Positions 22,974-33,645 of a stretch of DNA of 37,806 nt are shown here, piece after piece. A model generated the notes under the pieces. That model made no database searches. It was not told where the DNA came from and saw only the letters and a program-made list of their open reading frames with translations. The DNA comes from Chiloscyllium plagiosum (lineage: Eukaryota): the NCBI RefSeq assembly GCF_004010195.1, contig NC_057719.1:23794313-23832118 (forward strand). Reading direction: 5' to 3'. A program made the translations under genes and the position numbers. The stretch's first letter is position 1, and each line of letters starts with the position of its first letter.

Positions 22974-24409
22974 TATGTATATAGTATTTACATACATACA
23001 TAAATACAGCTCTCCAGTACAACATCTAAGGCCTCTCCCTTTATAAGCTGCTTCCAGTCTGAACTCACAGTAACATCATCAGTTACATCATCATTATGTG
23101 CCCATTCAGTATACCTGTAGCCTTTTACTTAACTGCCACAATGTCTGAAACCTCCACTCTGGGCTCTTTGCTGGGGAAAGCCTTCTGATGATCTGCTAAA
23201 TGCCTGAGTAGCAGAAGACATGGAAAGAGGTGACACAAGTGGATCCTGCTGCTTGTCCAGTTCGTAGCCAAAGATCCCTATTGTCACTGCAAGATTTTGC
23301 CATGAGGCTTCCCTTTTAACTAGGATGAAATAAAAAATGTCTTTGACCATTCAGCGTTCTCTTGGGTCTCAGTAGCAGGAAATTGCCGGTAGGCCTTTGG
23401 ACTTATACTGAAATGGGGTTGATGGAATCAGGGGCTCTACTGAAAGAATGTGCTCCAATTTTGCATTCCCCCTTTTCCAAGGCAGAGTATAGTACACTGC
23501 CTTTTGTTCTGATGGTCATAGCAACACTCCTGCATTAATGCAGGTGGTGTGATCTTTGCTGGGGCCCACATGTCTTATGCAGAATCTTAAAATGGGGCGA
23601 TGCCAATTGGGTTAGATGAAAAGGAATGAGAGGAAGATCTTCTGGGTCATTAGCAGTGACATAAACATTTTGAGCCTCGTGACCTGTAGCTGGTCTGTAA
23701 CATCTATATAATTCTATCCAATGCATTGCACAGACAGGAGTAGAATTGAGTTTTAGGACCCAAATTGTGAGAGCAACAGGAGGCAAGGGAGAGCAGGCCA
23801 ACTGCAATTAGAAACACTTGGGTAGTAGCCCAGAGAGCACTCGAGATGAAACCTAATTATCTGTTTTCATTACATAAGTTAAGTTGAATGTGGATTAGGA
23901 ACAACTTTAGCTTGTTTATTCTTTTAAGAGGACAGAAGCGTTAAACCTGATTTCCGATTTCAGTTAAATTGAGCTTCGATTGTTTAGCTGCAGGCACAAA
24001 ATTGTCTGTTGTGTTAAAGTAAGCTATTGCATATGTAGACAATTCCTAATGACAATTAAATAGTCCCTGAATGTTAAATATTCTCTGCGCATTACAAGGA
24101 ATGTGTGGCAGCCAAAACAGATGAAAGGCTTAGGGAGGATGAAAATGGAAACTGCAACAATTATCGTGAAGGGATGTGATCCAAAGTGGCACTGAAGTTT
24201 TCTGAGGAGTGGAAATCTCATGCAGCTCCACATTTTGGAGAGGAGATTATGATCAGGTCTCCCTCAGCAATATGGAGCCATGCTTCCATTCAGATAGTTC
24301 TGACTTAGTGCAGAGGAAACCACACACCCCTTTCCCTGCAGTTAGCTGCCATATTCTGAAATTTAGCAGTCCTCACAGTGACTGCTGACAAATGGCAACT
24401 ATGATCTTC

Positions 24410-25060
24410 AGGTGCTAGATAGGTAAAGGGGAATAGAGTGCCAGACAAGTAGGGCACCAGTTAGGTAGAGTGCCAGAGTACCAAGTAAGTAGGATGCCAG
24501 GTGACTAGGGATTATAGTTCCTGGTTGGAGGACCTTTGATAACCACGGTATAAGCTGGTTAGGATGTCAGCTGGGGAATCATAGGTAGCCAGGGGTAGGA
24601 TGCTAGATGGATAGGGGCAAGTTACCATGTATGTAGAGCTCAGGTGGGTAGGGTTCCATCAGGGGGTTGGGTAGGATGCCAGTGTTGAGATACACGTTGA
24701 GAGACTTTGGGCTACTTATCTGAGAATATCACACCCTCCAGCACTACAACACACTTAATTTCTATGTCAAAAAGTGTGGCGCTGGAAAAGCACAGCAGGT
24801 CAGGCAACAACCAAGGAAGAGGAGAGTCAAGGTTTTGGGCATAAACATTGACTCTCCTGCTCTTCAGGTGCTGGTTGACCTGCTATGCTTTTCCAGCCCT
24901 ACACTTTTCAACTCTGACCTCCAGCATCTACTGTCCTCACTTTCTCCTACACTTTATTTCTATGTTAAATAGGCGTTGTTTAGCTGGTAATTATGTTGAG
25001 TTTGGTCTGGTGCTAGGTGAGTAGGATGCCAAGTGGGTAGGTCATGAGGATCTGAGGTAA
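24410..25060. repeat. Degenerate G-rich tandem-like repeat (GGTAGGATGCCAG motif), interrupted by the 24768 element
   Basis: Many imperfect copies of (G/A)GTAG(G/A)(A/G)TGCCA. Confidence 0.55.
24768..24948 (+). mobile_element. Older palindromic Penelope-derived mini-element lacking the CTGA box
   Basis: Diverged inverted arms; tail CTCCAGCATCTACTGTCCTCACTTTCTCC; 17-bp TSD ACACTT(A/T)ATTTCTATGT at 24751-24767 and 24949-24965. Confidence 0.85.
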
Positions 25061-25462
25061 CTTAGTGCAGTATTTACAGTAAATCGGGTTTGGGGGAGTT
25101 AGAACTGAACTGGGTCCAGCCCAATCAGGGTGCTGTAAGGAGATTAGGAAGGATGCACTTGGGAGATGACCTGATTAATTGGTCCTCAGTAGTTAGAAAA
25201 TGTACTTAATTGTTCAACGTTTCCTGAATAACTATTTTACTTAATTTCATTGGAACCCTCGGAAGGCTATAATTTAAATGGAGACTTTTGGAAGGCTCCA
25301 GGCATAGGGAAATTGCCCAGCAGAAAATTCAATTTCCTCAGCAATTCCTTTGGAGTATGCCATGATGAGGCTTTAGCAGAGATTTGCCTGATATATAACT
25401 CCAATCTATGTTGGCATAACAACTATCTGACCAGCAGAAAATGCCTGCTATTAAGATACAAT

Positions 25463-26248
25463 ATGTAAAATATTATGTGGACCCATGTAAGTATATCATT
25501 AACTTTTAAACAAAGGACACTTTGTTAAGGAAAATGGCACTGAGTATAAAAACAACAAATTTGCACATGTAAACAGCAGGTAGCTTCAATGGAGTCATTT
25601 AGTCTTTGACAGTTTTTATAAAGGTCACACCACCCAGCTTTGGATGAAATAGGACTATTTCATTTTCGAACTTGAGGAAAAAGAATTTTACTTCTTTCTT
25701 GTGATTCCTGTCAGCAATGTGCGTTAGCTGAAAATGGCGGTGGACTCTTGGAGAGAATTATTTGGAATCTAACCCATTCTCTTCCAATAAAGAAAATTTA
25801 ACCAGCTACAACTGTTTTAGGAACAATACCCTACTACCATTTGGGAAATCTGTGACTTATCCTTTGTTCATGATTTGCCTGTTATTTGACCAAAGTATTT
25901 CAAAATTAACTTTCTGTAGAGTTAATATTTTTTGTTTCTTCACATACCTTTGTGAGTAATAGATTGTTTTCAGAGTATATACATATGTGTAAAATTTGCA
26001 TAATGCAAACAGTTTGTCAATTGCCTTTGTATGTCTTATTGAGTAAGTTTGTTTTTGTAATGAATCAGTTGTTTGTTGTCAAATAAAGAAATCTGGTGGG
26101 CAAATTCTTCACATTAAACTTGACACAGTCTGAGACCAATATTATTGCCATATCACCAACCAAAGTTAAAATTTGTTATGGGCAGTGGCGGAATGGAACG
26201 AGAAAAGGAAATAGTGCACACTTCCAATCTCAATGGTCAGGCAATAAT
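25463..26248 (+). mobile_element. Possible old solo LTR
   Basis: TG start, AATAAA near 26082, and a 3' end (GTGCACACTTCC...GGTCA) resembling a remembered shark LTR terminus; boundaries uncertain. Confidence 0.25.
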
Positions 26249-26324
26249 GAATAATAGTTTACTGTTAACAAGTAACATGCTGTGAAGTTATCATAGACAT
26301 GCATTCCATAATAATTAACACTGG

Positions 26325-26760
26325 GCTACAGAAGGAGATATTTGAAATGTTGGTTAAAGGTTTGGGCAACAGGCACATTTTAAGGAGAGTTTTACATGAG
26401 AAGAAATTGCTGCAGAGCCAGAGGAGAGAGAGAGAGAAAGAGAGAGAATTTGAGACCTTAGGGCCATGACAACTAAAGATATGTCACCAATCATGACACA
26501 GAGTTGTTTGCAAATGCACAGGGGTCAGTTTGAAGAATGTAGAGTTCTCTGAGTATTGTGAGGTTAGTGATGGTTACAGAGATAGGGCCATTATAGGCTT
26601 GAGTGGGAGTTGATGCAGGATAGGATAAGGGCAACAGAATTTTGCCATGAACTGGTGTATGTCAAGGGGTGACACGAAGTTCAGCCAGAAACACATTGGA
26701 ACAATTGGGAACTGCACAGGCATGGATGACCATTTGAACAGCTCATGAGCTTGAATTAAA
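26325..26760 (-). mobile_element. Old L2-like LINE 3' region
   Basis: AAGGAGATATT...TTTTAAGGAG...GAGAGAATTTGAGACCTTAGGGCC...GGTTACAGAGATAGGG resembles an inverted L2 3' region (compare ~36150-36530). Confidence 0.45.
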
Positions 26761-26791
26761 GGTAGACACTCACCATGTGATGGTGTATGTC

Positions 26792-27019
26792 GAGACTGTG
26801 GTGCCGGAAAAGCACAGCAGGTCAGGCAGCATCCGAGGAGCAGGAGAGTCAACGTTTTAGGCATAAGCCCTTCATCAGGAATGAGGGGCTTATTCCTGAT
26901 GAGGGGCTTATGCCCGAAACATCGATTTTCCTGCTCCTCAGATGCTGCCTGACCTGCTGTGCTTTTCCAGCATTGCACTTTTGACTCAATCTCCAGCATC
27001 CACTGTCCTCACTTTCTCC
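26792..27019 (+). mobile_element. Palindromic Penelope-derived mini-element with hammerhead-like cores
   Basis: Centre CTTCATCAGGAATGAGGGGCTTATTCCTGATGAGGGGCTTATGCCCGAAACATC; 17-bp TSD ATGTGATG(G/A)TGTAT(G/A)TC at 26775-26791 and 27020-27036. Confidence 0.87.
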
Positions 27020-27200
27020 ATGTGATGATGTATATCTGTATTTATTGTGAGAGGATATGAAGGTGGAAGCCCAATTCAAAGTCAAACAGCTGCCAACAAC
27101 CTGGTTTAACCTGAGACAGTAGCTGTAGAAGGTACTGTAACATATGTTTACATAGTTTGTAAAAAGACCTAAATAAATTGGCTTTTGTTTATCCAATATG

Positions 27201-27419
27201 GATTAGAGTGGTGCTGGAAAAGCACAGCAGTTCAGGCAGCATCCGAGGAGTAGGTAAATCGATGTTTCAGACAAAAGCCCTTCGTATTCCTGGTGAAGGA
27301 CTTTTGCCCGAAACGTTGATTTTCCTGCTCCTCGGATGCTGCCTGAACTGCTGTGCTTTTGCAGCACCACTCTAATCCAGAATCTGGTTTCCAGCATCTG
27401 CAGTCATTGTTTTTACCTA
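27201..27419 (+). mobile_element. Palindromic Penelope-derived mini-element (same subfamily as 15956)
   Basis: Inverted arms GATTAGAGTGGTGCTG.../...CAGCACCACTCTAATC; mutated core CTGGTGAAGGACTTTTGCCCGAAACGTT; perfect 14-bp TSD GTTTATCCAATATG at 27187-27200 and 27420-27433. Confidence 0.88.
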
Positions 27420-29089
27420 GTTTATCCAATATGTACCGGACAGTATCATGGCAAAATTAATGTTCTAATGATCGCTGTTGAATTAAGTTAACATATAAAC
27501 TAAATAGAGTTAAGTGTCAAGAATCAATAAAGTAATGTACTGGAATTAGATATTAGGTGAAACGGGTAGCCAGTAAAATGAACATTCAGGTAGATGAAGG
27601 GTATGCATGTTACAGGAGTCACCATATTTGACACTTCCCCTGAATACAACAACAGATAAGAGACCTCACATTGCTGTGCATGTTACTTATTAGATATTAG
27701 TGTAGCTGCATGAGAAGATGGCACACTTTGAAGAAGCCTTGAAATTAAAGAATGAGGGACAATGCTACTATCGGGTAGATATGCCAAGGTTGCACTTCAT
27801 GTGGTATTGCCTTCAGTCCTAATGTTCATCTATGTTAAGACCCAGTACTAGTCAGCTATGAAATCACATATTTATACAAATATCTAACCTTCAGGATATC
27901 ATGCTCAAGATGTAATATATAATTGCCAAATTTACTTTTGCAGTATGCTGTTTCACCTTTGTGCATCTCACAGTATTTTTTTTCATTGTACAACAAGATA
28001 GCATATCAAAGACTCAATTGTAATCCAAAGAAATACCTCTATGTGAACTATAGATGTTGAGCACACATTTTTCAAGTATGCCATTGTAGCTCCAGTCATG
28101 TCTGAGGTTATTTAATTGGGCAATGGTGCAGTTTATCTCTGGTTCAGATAAGGATTTGGGGCCTGGAGGACTAGTTCCTCTGAGTGAATGATGAAAAAGA
28201 ATCTAGAAAAAGAATGGAATTGCATCATTTTATTTCTAACAATGCATGAAACTCAATGAAATAGATGCTGAGCAATTGTAGATCATGCTCATTCAGAAAC
28301 CAGATAAAAACGCATTTGAAAAATATGGTGCTGAAAGTTGTAAAGTGGATGTGTACCCACTTTATCAATGATAAGATTGAATTCATAAAAGTAAATAAAG
28401 AAAAATAGAAGGAAAGTACAAACTTACACGAATACAAAAATGTTTGATATTAGAGAAATGTGTGAAAAGCGTGTACGAAATGCACTTTCAGTGCTATATA
28501 GCCCTGGCACCTCAATCACTAAATTTTCTGCTCTCTCCCATTCCACCTTGTCCACTCATGAGACCCAGCACAAAGTTTCGATCACCATTCCAATAGCATA
28601 TGGTGGAAGTATTAGATGAGACACTAAAGTATGTATCTCCAAGTAAAATATATTTTTGTAGAATATGTTTACAAATAGACAGAAAGAGTTTGCATAAACT
28701 AGTGAGCAACAAAAATACAAAATAAAGAAGTTGAAATGTAGAAAACACCTGAAGAACAAAAAGGAAGAAACGGCACTGACCCAACAAACACAACAAATTG
28801 ATGAACATTTCAAGCAGACAACACAGACATAAAAAAGATGACAGTTATAAAGCACCAAACTTTTTTATTGGAGAAATAGATTGCACAATTTTAATAATAA
28901 CAAACTTTAATGCTTCTGACATGTGGATACTTTCAATTCAATTTCATTGATTGAGTTATCATCATTTAGATGTTTCTATATCTGGCTTACTTTCAACATA
29001 ATGTAGATAAACTATGTACATTACAACAGTGTCAAAATTCTCCTCAAGTTCTACAGCAGTCCATGCAACAAAATGTGTAGAATAGTCAA

Positions 29090-30382
29090 GCTTAGCTGAT
29101 AAATGCCAAGTAACATTCACACCACACAAGTTCCAGACAATGATCATCTCCTGCAAGAAAGAATCAAACTTTGACCCTTGATATTCAATAATATTATTAT
29201 CACTGAATCCCCCTCAATCAACATTCTGTGGGCTTCCTGTTGACAAGAAACTGAACTGGACTAAGCATGTAAATACTGTGTCTATAAAAGCAGGTCAGAG
29301 CTTGGAGATTTGATGATGTGTAACTGAAGAAAGAAATGGAGGCGAAAGAACTCAGAGAAATAACTATTGATGTTTTGAACAGAAGAGCAAGACTTAGAAA
29401 ACATAAAGGTGGATAAAGCTCCAGGACCTGCTCAAGAGTATCCCAAGACATTGTGGGAAGTTAGGGAAGAAATTGCAGTACCCCTAGTAAAAAATGTTTT
29501 GCATCCTCTACAACCACAGATGAGGTGCCATAGGACAAGAGTGTGGTTAATTTTATGTCTTTATTTATGAAAGGCTGCAAGGACAAGTCTGGGAACTGTA
29601 GACATGACATTAGTGGTGGGTAAGTTGTTGCAGATGATTCTGAAAGTTAGGATTTACATGCATGTGGAGAGACAAGGGATGATTAGGGATAGTCAGCATG
29701 GATGTGTGCGAGAGAAATCTTGTCTCACAAAATTGATTGAGCTTTTTGAGGAATTATTCAAATTGATTGAGGAGAACAAAGCAATATTCATTGTTTACAT
29801 GGACTTCAGTAAAGCTTTTGACAAGATTCCGCATGCTAGACTAATTAGTAAAGTTAGATCTATGGGATTCAGGGTGAGCTGACCAATTGGATACAAAATT
29901 GGCTTGACAGTAGGTGGCAGAGGGTTGCAGTGGAGGGTTGTTTTTCAGACTGGAGACCTGTCACCAGTGGTGTTCCACAGGGATCAGTACTGGATACATT
30001 TTTATTTGTATAAACAATTTGGATGAGAATATCAGAGGCATGGTTAGTAGGTTTGCGAATGACACCAAAATTGTCTGTCTGCCATCTACACAGCTCAGGA
30101 GTGTGATGGAATATTCTCCATTTCCCTGAATGACTGCAGCTCCAACAACACTCAGGAAGCTCAACATTATCTAGGACAAAGCAACACACTTGTCTATCAC
30201 CCCATCTAACAATGTGAACTTTTGCTCTCACCAGCACTGAGGCACAGTAGTAGCAGTGTGTAGTAAATATCACTTCAACAATTCACCAAGACACTGTAGA
30301 CAGCAGTCTCAAATGTGCAACTTCTACTGTCTCAGAGGACAAGGGCAGCAGCTGAAAACCACTACATGCAAGTTCCCCTCCT
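29090..30382 (+). mobile_element. Decayed CR1/L2-group LINE RT C-terminus, split by a CR1 fragment
   Basis: ADKCQVTFTPHKFQTMII, KLNWTKHVNTVSIKAGQSL at 29090-29310; resumes RSVMEYSP...AAPTTLRKLNII at 30072-30382. Confidence 0.7.
29385..30071 (+). mobile_element. CR1 (HER1-like) RT fragment
   Basis: ORF 29604-29882 (IRDSQHG..KSCLT, YMDFSKAFDKIPH); GVPQGSV; FANDTK; homologous to the 1715-3034 element. Confidence 0.9.
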
Positions 30383-30394
30383 TCCTTGGAACTT

Positions 30395-30593
30395 TGTTTT
30401 TTATTCATGGAATGTAGTCATAACCGGCTGGGTCAACATTTATTAGTCATCCTTCCCTTGAGAAGGTGATGGTGATCTGTCTTCATGAACCACTGCAGTC
30501 CACTATGCGTAGGTAGACCCACAATGTTATTATGGAAAGGATTCCAGGACCTTGACTCTACAATACTGAAGGAATAGAGATATATTTTCAAAT
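30395..30593 (-). mobile_element. Inverted 3' end of the same LINE family as 29090-30382
   Basis: Minus strand GGACTGCAGTGGTTCATGAAG...CACCTTCTCAAGGG...AATAAATGTTGACCCAGCC...CATTCCATGAATAAAAAA matches 33480-33645(+). Confidence 0.7.
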
Positions 30594-31161
30594 ACACAAA
30601 ATAATTCCTCTTTATTTACCAAACGTGATTTAATTTAATTTGATTTACTTAATGTCAAGTGTATTTATTACAAATAGATCGAAAAGTGTTAATTAGTGTT
30701 GCCACTCTCCGACACCATCTTCAGACACAGAAAGTAAACCAAAACACAGAATGTAAAGCCAGGAATATAAAACAATAAAGTTCCTCTTACAGTCTGATCT
30801 CAATAAGGTTAAGGCTTCCTTGCAATAGCTCCTGCTTCAAGTTCAGCCATGGGCCTGGACTTGAGCTTCTCCATCCTGATGCCTTGAAGTCCCTCTGCTA
30901 AACTGATGACACTGCTGCACTTTACCACGTTACCACCACTAGATCAAAGAGTGACCACTCTCCGTGCCATCTTGCCTCCACTAACGCAACTGTGTTAGTT
31001 CACATTGGAACAACCTCACCAATGCAAGCTGCCAGTTCTGCAGGATCCTATACTGGAGCCAAACTCACTGCCATCAGGCACCAGGCCTAGCTGCAGACCT
31101 GGAGCCTCAGCTCAGCCTGTGAGTCTGGACTGGTGGGGAGGCAATTAAATCTGGGCAGTCC

Positions 31162-31745
31162 CAGTCCCCATCCCAATGCCCTACCTGACACGCAGACCCC
31201 ACCTCAATGCCCTGCCTGACACACAGTCTCCATCCCAATGCCCGATCTGACACGCAGTCCCCACCCCAATGCCCTGCCTGACACACAGTCTCCACCCCAA
31301 TGCCCTGCCTGACACACAGCCCCTACCCCAATGCCTTGCCTGACACACAGCCCCTACCCCAATGCCCTGCCTGACACACAGTCTCCACCCGAATGGCCTG
31401 CCTGACACACAGCCCCTACCCCAATGGCCTGCCTGACACACAGACACACAGTCCCCATCCCAATGCCCTGCTTGACGCGCAGTCCCCACCTCAATGCCCT
31501 GCCTGACACACAGATCCCACCTCAATGCCCTGCCTGACACACACAGTCCCTACCCCAATGCCCTGCCTGACACAAAGCCCCCATCCCAGTGCCCTGCCTG
31601 ACACATAGTTCCCACCTCAATTGCCTGCCTGACACACAGTCCCTACACCAAAGCCCTGCCTGACACACAGCCCCCATCCCAATGCCCCATCTGACATACG
31701 GCTCCGAACCCAATGTCCTGCGTGACACACAGTCCCAACCCAATA
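31162..31745. repeat. Minisatellite, 31-bp unit, about 18 copies
   Basis: Unit approximately CAGTCCCCACCCCAATGCCCTGCCTGACACA; first two units start at 31162 and 31193. Confidence 0.95.
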
Positions 31746-31983
31746 CCCCAACTGTTATTCCCCTCCCCTCCATGTTAGTGTCTTCCTAAGAGCCTCCAAG
31801 TCCCCATTCTGCAGATCCTCTGCTGTGGCCCAAGCCTCAATCTCAGTTAAATTGTTCATGTTATTTTGCTCTTTCAATCACAGACTACTACTCACCAACA
31901 TTTGCTTCTGATAGGTTCATTAGTGAACAGCTCCTTTCAAAATCTTCCACTCAAAACAACTCAGCGTATCACTCTTTAGCAGG

Positions 31984-33354
31984 GAGACTGCAGATCCTGG
32001 AGATCAGAGATGAAGAATGTGGTGCTTTAAAAGCAGAGCCAGTCAGGCAGCATCCGAGGAGCAGGACAATCAAAGTTTCGAACATAAGCTCTTCATCAGG
32101 AATAAGGGGGTGGCCCAAGGGGGCTAAGAGGTTAATGGGAGGGGGTGGGGCTGGAGGGAAGGTAGCTGGGAAGGTGATAGGTAGATGAAGGTGGAGGTGA
32201 GGGTGAAAGGTCAGAGAGGAGTGTGGAGCAGATAGGTGAGAAGGAAGATGGACAGGTAGGACAATAGGGCAGTGCCGAGTTGAAAGGTTGGATCTGGGAT
32301 AAGGTGGGTGGGGAGGGGAATTGAGGAAACTGGTGAAATCCACGTTGATCCCATGTGGTTGGTGGGTCCCAAGGCAGAAGATGAGGTATTCTTCCTCACG
32401 GCGTCGGGTGGCTAGAGTTTGGCGGTGGAGGAGGCCCAGGACTTGCATGTTCTTGGCGGAGTGGGAGGGGGAGTTAAAATGTTTGGCCACAGGGCGGTGA
32501 GTTTGTTTAGTGTGTGTGTCCCAGAGATGTTCTCTAAAACGTTCCGCAAGTTGGCGACCTGCGTCCTCAATGTAGAAGAGACCGCATCGTGAGCAACGGA
32601 CAGCAGATGACTGGAGACGTACAAGCAAATCTCTGTCGGATGGGGAAGGATCCTTTGGTGCCTTGGACAGAGGTGAGAGGGGAGGTGTGGGTGCAGATTT
32701 TGCACACCTTGCATTGAAAGGCGAAGGTGCTGGGAGTGGATGGCGAGTTGGTGGGGAGCGTGGACCAAACAAGGGAGTCGCAGAGGGAATGGTCTCTATG
32801 GAACGCATAAGGTGGGGAGGGAAGTATATCTCTGGTAGTGGGGTCTGTTTTTACGTGGCGGAAATGGCGGAGAATGATACGGTGTATCCGGGAGTTGTGG
32901 GGTTGAAGGTCCTTGTTGCAATTGGAGGTGCGGGGTTAAAGGCGGAGGTGCGGGAAGTGGAAGAGAAGTGTTGGAGGGCATCATTGACCATGCGGGAGGG
33001 AATATTGCTGTCTTTGAAGAAGGAGGCCATCTGGGATGGTCTATGATGGAATTGGTCCTCCTGGTGTAGTGGAGGCGGAGGAATTAGAATTAAAGGATAG
33101 CATTTTTACAGGAGGCAGGATGGGTGGAGGTGGGTTCGAAGTAGATGTCCGTGTTGAATCGGTTTCCAGAAATGGAGATGGAAGAGGAGGGAGGTGTCCG
33201 AGATGGTCCAGGTGAACTTGAGGTCGGGGTGGAACGTGTTTGCGAAGTTGATGAACTGTTCAATCTCCTCATGGCACTACGAGGTGGCACCGATACAGTC
33301 GTCGATGTAACAGAGGAGAAGGTGGGGAATAGTGCTGGTGTGCAGATGGACTGT
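31984..33354 (-). mobile_element. 5'-truncated Penelope-like element: RT remnant, GIY-YIG endonuclease and 3' terminus with hammerhead-like core
   Basis: ORF 31969-32808(-): RCSRCGLFYIE...LAERFREH...PVAKHFN...EEYLIFCLGT..PHGIN. RT YIDDCIG..EIEQFINFANTFHPDLKFTW at ~33200-33310. Terminal CTGATGAAGAGCTTATGTTCGAAAC. 11-bp TSD TCTTTAGCAGG at 31973-31983 and 33355-33365. Confidence 0.9.
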
Positions 33355-33379
33355 TCTTTAGCAGGCCACACTGTAGTCA

Positions 33380-33645
33380 AAAGGCCACCTGACCTAGAAG
33401 GAGAAGGGAAGCAGATAAATGGCAACGTCATCACATGAAATTTCCCATCAAAGCCATGCGTCATTCTGACTTGCGTCATCGTTCCTTCACTGTTGCCGGG
33501 TCAAAATCTTGGAACCCTCTCCCTAACAGCACTGTGGATTGCAAAGGTTCAAAAAGCAATTCACTGCCACTTTCTTAAAGGCAACTAGACATAGGCAATA
33601 AACGCTGGTCCAGCCAATGACATTCCATGAATGAATAAAAAAGAT
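33380..33645 (+). mobile_element. LINE 3' end whose tail is shared with the LF-SINE-like element
   Basis: GTTCCTTCACTGTTGCCGGGTCAAAATCTTGGAAC...CCTAACAGCACTGTGG...GGCAATAAACGCTGGTCCAGCC...CCATGAATGAATAAAAAAG. Confidence 0.7.

Noticed and set aside
28200..28900. Possible ancient Gypsy gag remnant on the + strand
   Set aside because: Only scattered weak words (EIDAEQ, LDETLK); not supportable without a profile search.
28962..29156. 64-aa minus-strand ORF as a possible exon
   Set aside because: It overlaps a + strand LINE RT remnant and has no recognisable domain.
31107..31773. Repetitive Gly/Cys/Trp ORFs and a CRISPR-like periodicity
   Set aside because: These are translations of a minisatellite; units are contiguous with no unique spacers and no cas genes.
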